This document shows positions 19,834 to 29,901 of a stretch of DNA of 64,000 nucleotides, in pieces. How positions within the stretch are numbered: the stretch's first letter is position 1; every line of letters begins with the position of its first letter. A program made the translations under genes and the position numbers. Origin of the DNA: a virus; IMG/VR virus record IMGVR_UViG_3300037479_000183; one strand, written 5' to 3'. Under the pieces are notes generated by a model. That model did not search any database. It was not told where the DNA came from and was given only the letters and a program-made list of their open reading frames with translations.

Positions 19834-20811
19834 TTAGGTTGTTCCGTCTAGAAGGATTACGCCACGCGGCTCGCGATTGACGTAAACTTCCTCGAACCAG
19901 AACTGATAGGTCAGTTTGTGGTTGAGGTCGTTGAAGAAGCTGTGAACGAACAGCCCGTCGCCCGCCTGCGTGTAGCCTCCCGACTCTGGAACGTCGCCTT
20001 GGTTCTGGCTGAAGTAGCGAGTTACGGCCTGCTTGCCTGCTCGCATATCCATACCCAGCGCGACTTCTCCGTTTGTTGAAACGAAGGTGTCGCTTGGGGC
20101 CGCCAGCACCTTGTGGAAGTTAACTCCACCAATGGCCGGGACGGTTAGAGGCCCGAATGGGCTGCCCTGCCATACTGCGGCGTCATTATCCACGACATAC
20201 TTCACAAACGCGAAGTAAGTGGTGGGCTTCATCCAAAGGTCAGTGAGGGTATAGGCATATCCAGTCTGGTCTTCAATGCGCTTAATCGCATCGATAACAT
20301 CAGACACCGGATTTGCGCCCGAAGCCGTCCAAGCAGTGCCGATTTCCAGCACGCGAGGCCCGGTAACCGCGTCGGTGGGGTCGTTTGCCGCCCCCCAAGT
20401 CCGCTTAACGATTGCATCGGTCGCAATCTTGTTTCGGAATGCCGCTAGCCAGTATCCAACTCGGTCGCGTGTGCGAACGATTTCGTCAAGGCGGTCAGCG
20501 TAGCGCCGAACATCCTCATCGAACTGGATGGCCAGACCATACTTTAGCAATCCAGCGAACTTCTCGCTGATGCTAGACACCTTCACAGTTGGGAACTCGG
20601 CTGAGCTACCAAGTAGAATGGGGTCAAGCTTTAGCGGGTCGCTTGAGTCGCTATATAGGTCTTCGTAATATCTAATCGACGGAGCATCCGCAGCGAATGA
20701 AGGAAGACTTCCCGGAGGGAAAAGTAGAGTCTCGTTCAAAATTTTCGCCACGTCTTCCGCAAAGAACTCCTTACGGAGGATATCAAGGTTTGATAGAACT
20801 GTGTCTGGCAT
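19834..20811 (-). CDS. Major capsid protein (HK97-fold)
   Basis: 325 aa after protease-scaffold and decoration genes; LKYGLAIQFDED, NPVSDVIDAIKRIEDQTG, LWMKPTTY, EPRGVILLDG follow the HK97 layout. Confidence 0.88.
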   Translation of the reverse strand: MPDTVLSNLDILRKEFFAEDVAKILNETLLFPPGSLPSFAADAPSIRYYEDLYSDSSDPLKLDPILLGSSAEFPTVKVSSISEKFAGLLKYGLAIQFDEDVRRYADRLDEIVRTRDRVGYWLAAFRNKIATDAIVKRTWGAANDPTDAVTGPRVLEIGTAWTASGANPVSDVIDAIKRIEDQTGYAYTLTDLWMKPTTYFAFVKYVVDNDAAVWQGSPFGPLTVPAIGGVNFHKVLAAPSDTFVSTNGEVALGMDMRAGKQAVTRYFSQNQGDVPESGGYTQAGDGLFVHSFFNDLNHKLTYQFWFEEVYVNREPRGVILLDGTT

Positions 20812-20823
20812 TTTACATCACCT

Positions 20824-21315
20824 TCAATACACTATAACACTGACAGTGCTGCCAGATGACGCAGACTCCATTAGAACACCAATCTTGGTGCCCGAGCCAG
20901 TCGTAACCTCGTCTCTGTCCTTAACCTGAACCTCAACACCCGGGTCTGCTGTAACATCGATTAGGAATCGTCTTACACACTTACCCTTATACCACTCAAC
21001 AGTGGCGTGTCGCGCACCAGCACCAGGGGAAGCACTCCACGTCCACACTCCACCATCGGTTCCGACTTCTGGAATGGGGCCCTTTGGGGTCTCCACAATA
21101 CGTCCAATTACAGACGCGCCTGCTGATGCAGTAGTAACTGTCTTGTTCGCTCCGTCGTAAAGTTCTACAAAATCTCCAACACGGAGCGGGGCTGCGTAAG
21201 TTCCCCCAAACTGATACAGTCCACCAGGGGTTTCAATGTCAGTTCGAGTAAAATTCCCCTCGAACAGAATCATCGTAATCTGGAGGACATCACCAATATC
21301 GCCTGCTTCTGCCAT
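20824..21315 (-). CDS. Capsid decoration/cement protein
   Basis: 163 aa, Gly-rich, immediately upstream of the MCP; ends KIGVLMESASSGSTVSVIV, a typical decoration-protein C-terminus. Confidence 0.65.
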   Translation of the reverse strand: MAEAGDIGDVLQITMILFEGNFTRTDIETPGGLYQFGGTYAAPLRVGDFVELYDGANKTVTTASAGASVIGRIVETPKGPIPEVGTDGGVWTWSASPGAGARHATVEWYKGKCVRRFLIDVTADPGVEVQVKDRDEVTTGSGTKIGVLMESASSGSTVSVIVY

Positions 21316-21344
21316 ATTGCCTCACCTATTTAAGTAAATACCCT

Positions 21345-22589
21345 TTACTGATATCTGGGCTTGCCGTATTTGGCTTCCCATTTCTTCCTATATTCCTCAT
21401 ATTCGGTCTTTTTGTCGGTCTCGGCTGGCAGCCCAGCGCCCTGCGCCGTGCCCCCAACAGGCTTTTTAGCAGCCTCAGCAGTTGCCTTAATCTCTTCAAG
21501 GACTGCCGCAAAGGCCTCATTATCAAGCTTTGAAAGCTTTGCCGGGTCTCTTCCGAGCGCCTTCAAATCCTCTTCCATCTTCGTGCGAGCAGCCTTGGCC
21601 GCCTCGGCCTCCTTAGCCTTGTAGGCATCTAGGGCCGTCTTGACCTCGGCAAGCTCCTTATCTTTTGCTATAACTGCAGCATCTTTCTCTGCAATTGTAG
21701 CATCCTTTGCCGCCACAGCGGCCTCTAGTTCCTTAGTCTTACCGTCGCACATACACTTTCCTTCCTGTTCTTTAACCTCAGTTGCGGCCTCTGCCGGTTT
21801 AGCCTCCACCGGAGGCTCTACAGCTTCTTTGGCTGCTATTCCGATGTTCTTTCCACAATCCTCTGCGCCATCAAGAATGTCGCAAACGGGGTGTTTGGGA
21901 GAGAAAACGAGAGAGATTCCTTGCCCGTCAAATGCTAAAATCCCGTTTTCCTCTGAAAGAACCATTTCCTGAATGTCGATTGAAGAACCTACGGCTTCAT
22001 CTTTCTTTACATCCGCAGATACTTCAAGACCGAAATAAACGTATGGGTCGGCATAGATAAGGTCTTTAATGCTTCCCTTAACTGCCGCCTCCCCTTCCTT
22101 GTCGTGATTAAGAAACACAGGCTTTCCAAGCCAGGTCTTATGACAATTCTCCAACCCTTCGCGGGTGAAGGTGACAATACGACCGTCCGCCGCAAAGGCG
22201 GCTCCACCAACTTTCGTCCCCACCGTCCAGAATAGACCGTCTTGGGGAACATCGTCGCGGATTGCTTCACGCTGAACCAAAACATCTGCGCCCTGTGCAG
22301 ACTTTGCCGAGCTGACTTTAATACCAAACCGCGAAGCGCGCCGCTTTAGGCAGGCAAAAGTTTTTGACTTCGCCGCGGGTGAGAGGTCAGATTGTGGCAG
22401 GCGTGCGAGACCATTCCTAACATGCGCGGCGTCGTGAGCGGGAAATTTGCGAACCTTTTTCCCATCTACGACAGCCACATAACAGAATGACGAATCTGGC
22501 AGCTTCTGCCTTTCGGCAAAAGAAATCCTAGCGCCTTCGGCCGAAAGCGGCCAATCGGCCTCATCATAGATGACTTCATCTTCGGGCAT
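21345..22589 (-). CDS. Prohead protease-scaffold fusion with an extra N-terminal basic domain
   Basis: Central FTREGLENCHKTWLGKPVFLNH..VGSSID protease-like segment; C-terminal Ala/Glu/Lys coiled coil; N-terminal KFPAHDAAHVRNGLARLPQ motif. Confidence 0.8.
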   Translation of the reverse strand: MPEDEVIYDEADWPLSAEGARISFAERQKLPDSSFCYVAVVDGKKVRKFPAHDAAHVRNGLARLPQSDLSPAAKSKTFACLKRRASRFGIKVSSAKSAQGADVLVQREAIRDDVPQDGLFWTVGTKVGGAAFAADGRIVTFTREGLENCHKTWLGKPVFLNHDKEGEAAVKGSIKDLIYADPYVYFGLEVSADVKKDEAVGSSIDIQEMVLSEENGILAFDGQGISLVFSPKHPVCDILDGAEDCGKNIGIAAKEAVEPPVEAKPAEAATEVKEQEGKCMCDGKTKELEAAVAAKDATIAEKDAAVIAKDKELAEVKTALDAYKAKEAEAAKAARTKMEEDLKALGRDPAKLSKLDNEAFAAVLEEIKATAEAAKKPVGGTAQGAGLPAETDKKTEYEEYRKKWEAKYGKPRYQ

Positions 22590-22630
22590 GGTCTCATTAA
22601 GTTTAAGTAAATACACTATTTAAAGGGAGT

Positions 22631-23178
22631 TTATAAAGGCCCGTAAATCGGGTCGCAAGCTGGGCACCAATGCCCCGATACCCCCGGGCCAGGCCCGTCA
22701 TATGGCCCCGCCTTCCTTGTGCCGGCTTGGCCTTTCTTTGCCTTGAACACAGCGCTGGCTTCGTCAAGTTCGGAATTGATATCACGCGCCGGCGGGTTGG
22801 TGATGTCGCCGATTTTAAACTCCAATTCGGCGGGCTTCTTCTTCGGCTTCGGCGCTTTCTTAACTTCCTGCTCGGTCATTTTATCCGCCCCTCCTTTACT
22901 TTTTCTTTTATATACTCATCTATATGGTAGAAACTATCTTGCCAGAAAGAGACTAAACCATAGCCCCATAGTAACAAGCTTAAATATATACTATGTTCAT
23001 AAACTATCCCACCAACTAGGATAAATATAAGGCCCAACCAATGATGATGGAATAGCTTGGTTATTTTACTTGGCAGCGGCCTCTCGTCTACAAAGTGAAT
23101 ATATGCCCAAACGTTGATTAAAGCCAAGAGCGAACCAACAACAAAGAGCCAAAAGTATATTACTATCTCATTGAACAT
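22631..23178 (-). CDS. Small basic protein with CPAC (22631-22879) and a multi-pass membrane protein (22876-23178)
   Basis: About three hydrophobic helices in the 100-aa ORF; coupled junctions. Confidence 0.65.
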
Positions 23179-23263
23179 AGATTCCTCATATCTTCTTCAA
23201 ATTTTGGATGCCCTTTCCAAAAACTTGAGAGGGGAAGAATTTGAAAACACTTCGTGCATTTCT

Positions 23264-25483
23264 TTAAAGAATACATCGTTGGGCCATCTCCTCTTTCTCG
23301 ACTAGCATAATCTTCAATACATCTTCAAGCGTTGTCACTCCAATAATGTGCGCTTTGAAATCGGTTGCGTTAACACAGGCGAGGCGGTTTTCTTCGGGGA
23401 GGATGATGGTGGGGATGTCGAACATCTCGGCCCCGCGAATCTTCGCTGTGATGCCACCAACTGGGCCGACTTCGATGCGGCCAGACTGGTTTAGCAATAT
23501 CTCGCCCGTAATGGCTATGTCTTGGCGAATGTATTTATTCTCAAATATGCTAGCTAGGGCGACGGCCATGGCCATGCCGGCCGATGGGCCATCGACGCCG
23601 TGTGTTTGTGAGAAGTCAACGTGAAGATACCACTCGCGCGGGTTAAGCTCGTAGCGATGGAACATTCCGGTGATTACCTTATCAACCGACTCCTTTGCCA
23701 TCGTTTGTAGATTGCCGGTATATTTCACGGTGCCGGATTTGTCCTTTACCTTATAGGCCATGACGCGAATGGGCATCACACTACCCACCTCTTCGTCTGC
23801 CGAAGTTGTAATGACTCCCAAACCATTGATACAGCCCTGTAGGCTGCCTCGGTTATAAACGTGTTTGTAAAGATTCCTCACTTCCGCCATCTGTTTAAGA
23901 CGTTGTAATTCAACGGAAATGGCCTTTTCAATTCCTTTCTTTACATCTTGAACGAGAACAACAGTTCTGCCCATCTTCCTTGCCCACTCACTGGCCTTGC
24001 TAAGCACTGCCAGAAGGGGCCGAAGCTGGATGGTAAGGCGGTTGCGGAAAGTGGCTCGACGCCTGCATTCCTCTACCACCTCAACAGCCGCCTCTCTTGA
24101 AAAGGGCAAAAGCTGTAGGCGGTCAGATTCATTCACGATGAATTTCACAATGCGGCGACGATTGAAGGCGGTGTTATCAACATGGCCATCCATCCAAACG
24201 TCGCTTCCATATCCCCTAAAGCGCTGCCGTAGAGCGGGGTGCATGCGCTGAATCGCATCCTCATTACCACAACCTATAAAGAAGAACGTGCAAGGGATGG
24301 GTTCTGTAGCTACGTTTAAGGCCGAAGTGCCAAGACGGCTTTTAGAGCGCGAAGTAATGGCGTATTGGCCCTCTTCAAGAACGGTTAGCAGGTCGGGAAC
24401 ATCGTCTTCGCCAATCTGATTAACTTCGTCGTAGAACAACACCCCCCAGTGCGCCCTGTGAATCGCCCCGGCCTTTACTCTAGTGTGGGGCGGTTCTCCC
24501 CCTGCCGCGCGAGTTTGAAGAGCGTCCCACTTGATATCACCCAACAGCGCTGCGCCAGATTGGCCCGAAGCGTCAATAAACTTGGGTTTGTTGTCACTAT
24601 TGTCTAAAAGAATCACAGGCGGGTCATTATCTGAACCTCTTATAATATTTTTAAAGAAGTAATACATCATCGGTGTTGTCATCATCACCCCAAGCCCGGC
24701 CGCTGTGATTAAGAACCCAAAAAACATTACTCCATTGAATAGTAAATATAAGCCATAAAGTAGCATACAGATGCCTAAAACGATTGCAAAGACAATAAAC
24801 ACTTTAATGAGTTTTTCTCGCACGAACTTTTGATATCCGCGCTGCTTTTCTGTGGCGTCGATAATCTCCTGACCAAGACCGCCGGGGACGGTGATGTGGC
24901 GGGGCCGGTTTTCATCAACGACGTTTGGAAGCATTAGGACATCGGGCGGCGAGATGCCCTCCCTTTCCAGCTTCTCCCTATAGCCTTTGGCAATTAGGGA
25001 TTTACCTGTGCCGGGTGGGCCGATAAGAAGACAATACACACCGACGTTGTTTAGCCTATCGCGGTCGGCGTTGCTTTTGGGGTCTTTCTTTGCCTGTTCT
25101 CCAATATGTTTTTGAGCGTGATAGATTTTCTCTCCGACGGTAAGCTTGTTCCACCAACCGCGTGTTTTCTTATCTTTCTTTCCTTCTCCATCATTATAAT
25201 ACTCATTCCAGTTCAAGACAAGGCGTTTGGTTCTATTCCAAAACTTTTCAAAGTCTTCCTTCTGCTTCTTCACTTTCCGAAGAAACTTCTGGAAGTTTAG
25301 GTCAAGGTCTTCAAGGCATTGTTCTTGACCAACAATCTGTTCTAAAATTGTCCTATCGGGTATGACTTCATCTGTAGTATCGAATTTTTGCCAACGAGAA
25401 TTGTCGTGGGCGCCATCGATAGTAAAGTAATCTGGGTCGTTTGGCTCAGGTATCCTTACGTCCGCTGTTACCTTTGTTGGCAT
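23264..25483 (-). CDS. lonB: ATP-dependent Lon protease, archaeal membrane-anchored LonB type
   Basis: Walker A GPPGTGKS, two TM helices inserted in the AAA+ domain, Walker B VLFYDEV, catalytic Ser in GVDGPSAGMA and Lys in GGITAK. Confidence 0.95.
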   Translation of the reverse strand: MPTKVTADVRIPEPNDPDYFTIDGAHDNSRWQKFDTTDEVIPDRTILEQIVGQEQCLEDLDLNFQKFLRKVKKQKEDFEKFWNRTKRLVLNWNEYYNDGEGKKDKKTRGWWNKLTVGEKIYHAQKHIGEQAKKDPKSNADRDRLNNVGVYCLLIGPPGTGKSLIAKGYREKLEREGISPPDVLMLPNVVDENRPRHITVPGGLGQEIIDATEKQRGYQKFVREKLIKVFIVFAIVLGICMLLYGLYLLFNGVMFFGFLITAAGLGVMMTTPMMYYFFKNIIRGSDNDPPVILLDNSDNKPKFIDASGQSGAALLGDIKWDALQTRAAGGEPPHTRVKAGAIHRAHWGVLFYDEVNQIGEDDVPDLLTVLEEGQYAITSRSKSRLGTSALNVATEPIPCTFFFIGCGNEDAIQRMHPALRQRFRGYGSDVWMDGHVDNTAFNRRRIVKFIVNESDRLQLLPFSREAAVEVVEECRRRATFRNRLTIQLRPLLAVLSKASEWARKMGRTVVLVQDVKKGIEKAISVELQRLKQMAEVRNLYKHVYNRGSLQGCINGLGVITTSADEEVGSVMPIRVMAYKVKDKSGTVKYTGNLQTMAKESVDKVITGMFHRYELNPREWYLHVDFSQTHGVDGPSAGMAMAVALASIFENKYIRQDIAITGEILLNQSGRIEVGPVGGITAKIRGAEMFDIPTIILPEENRLACVNATDFKAHIIGVTTLEDVLKIMLVEKEEMAQRCIL

Positions 25484-26071
25484 TTTGAGCCTTCCATTTG
25501 TTGTATGAGTTGGTAAACATACCAACAATTCCACCGACTGCTAAAGCTACCAGATAATTACCGGTAATGGCCAGAACTACAAGCCACAAAATTGTGCCCG
25601 TGGCAATTGAGACTATCCATCCCTTAAAGCTAGCAAATAGGTGCCCAACAAAAGTTTTTGGAGGCTCCTTTGATTCTATCTCCTTCTCATCCACATCGAT
25701 TCCAGGCATGCCTAACCCTCTTTTGGTGCCCACCGCTTTATCGCATACCAAACGATTCCGAGGCCAATTAGGCCAAATCCGGCCGCTAGCATTACAAGGT
25801 TATTCATTGCGGCCGCCGTTGTGACAAGACCAAGGCCAGTTGTAACCAAAGTCACTTCACCAACATGCTCCTTTGCTGTATCCATTAGTCCCATTTTTTC
25901 CACCTTTTTGTCTATGTTTTTATCTTCACGGGTAAGTTCGCCAATCTTTACACTAATATCTAGTAGAGCGTCCCAGATGTGAGCGAGGTGATTTTTCTCA
26001 ATTGTGTCGAGACGGCCATTAATAGATGCTACATCTTTACGAATTTCTTTAATGTCGTCTTCGACCGCCAT
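25446..26071 (-). CDS. Two small membrane proteins (25446-25751, 25712-26071), holin-like topology
   Basis: Each has two C-terminal TM helices; 25712-26071 begins with a coiled coil containing IEKNHLAHI. Confidence 0.6.
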
Positions 26072-27319
26072 TTACTCACCCGGCAAACCGCCTCCAATCC
26101 TACCTGGAACTGGGATGAAGTTTTGTCCTTCATCTTCGATATCCAATTCGTCTTGGAAGAACTCGCGGCTGATTGCGCCACCGCTATACATTTCAAGAAG
26201 GAGCCGGGCGCGGAAGCGATATTCGGAGTCGGAGAGGTTCCATACAAACTCCACATCGGCGTCGTCGCCTAGTAACATAGGCAAAAGCTCGGTATCAATC
26301 AAGTATTTGATTTTGTTCTTTAGACGCTTCAGCCCCCGGCTTACGAACAAATCCTGAACTTCTGGCTCAACACCACCCTCTGCCCCATAGACAGAAGTGG
26401 CTATGTTGAAGTTAAGCATAATGATGGACATAAGTGGAGAGATGAGGTCGATAACGGGGAGGTTCAAACCCGAACCCCTTCCTCCACCCGCGCTGAGCAT
26501 TTCAACTCTGTGGCGATTGTCCAACACATAGTTAGTTGACGCGCTTACAATTGAATGTAACATATCGCTAAATTCGCGGATGGTGTTTTCCTTTTCTGTA
26601 TCGTTTGGAACAGATTCAAGGTCAAGGTAGGCGACCACGGGGGCGTAGGCGGCACGCTTGATAGCTTGGAGAATATCTCCCGCTGCGTCAAACAGCCCCC
26701 AAATCAGGGGTAGGTTAGGTCTAAAGAGCGAGATTCCGTAATAGCTGCTGCCCAAATCTAGAAGTTTGAAGTGAACAACATCGTCTGCATTTAGGTTAGT
26801 TTTCTGGCGCTGGGCGGGAGTTTTATAGGCATCCTGATACATCTTGCCATCTTGATAGAAGAACACAGTCGCGCCGTGGAGGTCTTGAATTTCGAGATTG
26901 TCGCCCGAGCCGGTTCGGTGGAGGTAGCCGTTGCCATAGATAATGGCGTGACCAACAGCGCGTTCAAGTTTAGGTTCTATTTTGTGCTGCCGCCACATTA
27001 GTTTTGCCTTAGCAATAGCATTTTTATCACCTTCAAAATGATAGCCGGGGCCAAATATTGCATCGTCCAATCCCTTAAAGAGGAAATTGGCGATGGCGTT
27101 TGTAAGCATTAGTTTAGAATATTCTTGATAAAGCTCTGGTTCCGCAAGTTTCCACATCTTGCGAAAGCGTTCTGTATCGTAAACCGAAAAATAATCACTC
27201 CAGGTTTTTTGAAGATTAATGGGGAACTTCTTCTCCCGAAGCTCCATTGACTTACTATCAACATTGGCCGCGCCAATAGCAAAACTTGGCGGCCTGTTGA
27301 CCTCTCTAAAACCTAGCAT
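26072..27319 (-). CDS. Portal protein
   Basis: 415 aa; AIIYGNGYLH, DDVVHFKL..SYYGISLFRP and final GAISREFFQDELDI are typical portal features; position downstream of terminase. Confidence 0.88.
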   Translation of the reverse strand: MLGFREVNRPPSFAIGAANVDSKSMELREKKFPINLQKTWSDYFSVYDTERFRKMWKLAEPELYQEYSKLMLTNAIANFLFKGLDDAIFGPGYHFEGDKNAIAKAKLMWRQHKIEPKLERAVGHAIIYGNGYLHRTGSGDNLEIQDLHGATVFFYQDGKMYQDAYKTPAQRQKTNLNADDVVHFKLLDLGSSYYGISLFRPNLPLIWGLFDAAGDILQAIKRAAYAPVVAYLDLESVPNDTEKENTIREFSDMLHSIVSASTNYVLDNRHRVEMLSAGGGRGSGLNLPVIDLISPLMSIIMLNFNIATSVYGAEGGVEPEVQDLFVSRGLKRLKNKIKYLIDTELLPMLLGDDADVEFVWNLSDSEYRFRARLLLEMYSGGAISREFFQDELDIEDEGQNFIPVPGRIGGGLPGE

Positions 27320-27338
27320 TATAAACCTCTCATAGTAT

Positions 27339-27782
27339 TTAAGTAAAGGAATCCTCGTCTAGGTTTTCATCCGCAGAGTTTTGAAGAGTATATATAAGAG
27401 GGAGAGAGATGCGCTGGACAACTATGCGCTGTCCTGGCTTTCCTACAAATCGGACGCTTAATCCCATGTGTAGCCCCGTCCCTACCAAAACGTGGAAGAG
27501 GCTGACGTTGGTATAATATTTACCATCTGCAACCCGGGTTAGGTTTTCTAGTATTCGCCAATACCTTCTGGGCGCCTTCTCCCGCATAGCAAGTAAGGCC
27601 TCTTCGGTGTGCCACACCTCTAGCTTGGGGCTGGTTAGCCGATATAGCCGCATCAACGGGATGCCCAATTTTCTTGAAAGGTGTGTCATCTTATGTGGCC
27701 CGGGGTTTTCTGCAAAATAGGAAAGTAGCACGATGGCATCGTTTTCCTGGGGGCTGGTTCCTTTTAAGACCACAGCCCGCAC
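27339..27782 (-). CDS. Putative helix-turn-helix DNA-binding protein
   Basis: PHKMTHLSRKLGIPLMRLYRL resembles an HTH. Confidence 0.45.
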   Translation of the reverse strand: MRAVVLKGTSPQENDAIVLLSYFAENPGPHKMTHLSRKLGIPLMRLYRLTSPKLEVWHTEEALLAMREKAPRRYWRILENLTRVADGKYYTNVSLFHVLVGTGLHMGLSVRFVGKPGQRIVVQRISLPLIYTLQNSADENLDEDSFT

Positions 27783-28258
27783 TCCTTTGCCTCTTCACCC
27801 GGTTTTAGGGCCTTAAGGATGAAAATGTGATTTCCGCCGCTTTCCTGCTTGCTAACAATCTTCCAGCGGCGCGGTGTGTAAAGCTTCCCATTATGCCCAC
27901 CCAAAAAGGTGGTATCGTCGAAGTAATCAAAGCTATCCTTGGTAAACCCCCGCCTGTGAGTGATGTCGGTATAGTGGTTATACGTCCCAGCCTGCGGCAC
28001 CTGAATGGTCGCAAGTCCGTCCGGTTTCAACACTCTGTGCATTTCGTTCATTATAAACAGCACGTCGTCCAAATGCTCTATGACATCGATAGCAAGGATG
28101 GCGTCAATTGTGTTGGATGGAAGGGGGATGCCGTGATTAAGATTACACAGGAGGTCGATGTCGGGGCCTTCGACTATATCAAGGTGGATGACCTTTGCAT
28201 CATCGCGGTGTTGTGGGGCGGCCCCACTACCCAGTTCCAGTATTACCTTCATCGGCAA
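27764..28258 (-). CDS. Class I SAM-dependent methyltransferase (type 11-like)
   Basis: ILELGSGA motif I, IHLDI, IPLPSNTIDAILAIDVIEHL, EMHRVLKPDG. Confidence 0.92.
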   Translation of the reverse strand: MPMKVILELGSGAAPQHRDDAKVIHLDIVEGPDIDLLCNLNHGIPLPSNTIDAILAIDVIEHLDDVLFIMNEMHRVLKPDGLATIQVPQAGTYNHYTDITHRRGFTKDSFDYFDDTTFLGGHNGKLYTPRRWKIVSKQESGGNHIFILKALKPGEEAKECGLWS

Positions 28259-28632
28259 ACTCCTTTGAAAGCTGCTTTATCCGCCACGGTTCCATAATTT
28301 CATAGAAGCCGCCGCACGCAAAGCAGAGGTCGGGAAAGGGTTGGCAGCCTTTACACAGCGAGACTTTTATTTTCTTCGATGGACGACCCAGGTGACCGGG
28401 CCCGCAATTGGCGCACTCGCCTTCATTAGCCCGCATTTGCCACATCCTTCTTCCAACTATAGCCACACCTGTTACAGGTAAGCTTTAGATGTTCGGTTGT
28501 ATCGAACATGTCTGGACGACTGTCTGTTCCAGTATAATTTTCTACATATCGATAACGACATCCGGGAAAGGTGCATTTCGGACACAGGTCGGCTCCAGAA
28601 GTATAATCCGGTAGCCAAACACTCCCCGTCAT
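28227..28632 (-). CDS. Two small Zn-ribbon proteins (28227-28466, 28426-28632)
   Basis: CxxC pairs. Confidence 0.55.
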
Positions 28633-29759
28633 GCCTTCACCTTCTCCAATTCAGCAACGAACTGCTTCGCCGCCTCCTTCTGCGTCCACGCCTCTTCTAC
28701 TCGGCGGCGGGCCAGGGAGCCTTTCTTTGCGGCCTCTTCGTGGTTGTCGAAGACATACCTCATCTGCTCCGCCAACGACTTGATGCTTGGCATTTCCCAC
28801 TCACCCTGGTTGATTGTATTGCCGAAAATTGGGTCATTTGCCTTTTCCAACCCTTCGCTTTCTACAACAAATCCCACATCGGCATCGAAGAAGTCTGCCA
28901 TTCCGGTATGAGAGGGGCTAATCACGGGCAGGCCGCAAGCCATTGCTTCAAGCACGGGCCGGCCGAAGCCCTCGGCTCTTGTTCCCCAAACAAACGCATC
29001 CATGCTACAGTATAGCTGAGCCATTAGCGCGGCGGTGGGGAGGGGTTCGATTGTTTCTATCGGAATGTGAGAAGGCAGTTGCATCTTATACAACTCCATC
29101 CCTACATCAACGCGGACGAAGGGGTTATGACAGAGGAGGAACAGATTAACCTTCTCGCCTGGCTTAAAGGCCTTTGCCCAAGCCTTAAGCAGAAGGTCAT
29201 ATCCCTTCCTCTTCTCCCACTTTCCTACACAAAGGAAATTAAATGTGTCCAACTGTTCGATTACGGGGAAGGGTTTATAGGAGTAGGGATTGAAAAGGTC
29301 GGCATTGACGGGTTCCTTAACAACCGCGACCGGCTTGCTGATGCCGCTTTCCTCAAACACCTTCTTGTTGTAGGTGGTGGGGGCCCAAACCGCGTCCATT
29401 TGGTTAAGGGCGGCAGGCCAGTCGGCCGGCAGCTTATTAACCTCGATGGTGGTATAGCCAATGCGCGGCTTACCAGCGAATCGGAACATGTCGAAGGCGG
29501 TTCCGTAGGCCAGGCCGACGCCTGGGGCCGAGAAGTCCATTTTTGGCAGCTTCTCTTGAATAAGCTTTGCAATATCTTCCAACTCTTTCTCCCGCAGGGC
29601 TTGGAGGTTGTCTGGGAATGGCGTCACGTCCACTCCAAGCTCGGCCAGGCCACGAATTAGGCCAACGTAATGCCCAACATAGCCCGTTGCTGCTCCAAGA
29701 GGCCCGAAAAAATTAACTTTTGTTCCACTATAGTCTGTCATCTCATCTACACTCTCCAC
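28629..29759 (-). CDS. GT4 glycosyltransferase
   Basis: FLCVGKWEKRKGYDLLLKAW, EGFGRPVLEAMACGLPVI. Confidence 0.93.
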   Translation of the reverse strand: MESVDEMTDYSGTKVNFFGPLGAATGYVGHYVGLIRGLAELGVDVTPFPDNLQALREKELEDIAKLIQEKLPKMDFSAPGVGLAYGTAFDMFRFAGKPRIGYTTIEVNKLPADWPAALNQMDAVWAPTTYNKKVFEESGISKPVAVVKEPVNADLFNPYSYKPFPVIEQLDTFNFLCVGKWEKRKGYDLLLKAWAKAFKPGEKVNLFLLCHNPFVRVDVGMELYKMQLPSHIPIETIEPLPTAALMAQLYCSMDAFVWGTRAEGFGRPVLEAMACGLPVISPSHTGMADFFDADVGFVVESEGLEKANDPIFGNTINQGEWEMPSIKSLAEQMRYVFDNHEEAAKKGSLARRRVEEAWTQKEAAKQFVAELEKVKA

Positions 29760-29901
29760 AATTTCTCTTTTTTCCTGCTTTATCTAACAAAATAAAACAA
29801 ATTTGACACGTCCAATATGGAATATGTCGGCAACCCGAATTCATATATGCTGAGGCTTTGCAAGGCCGAAGACACACTCCGCAGACATATGGTTCTTTCA
29901 T

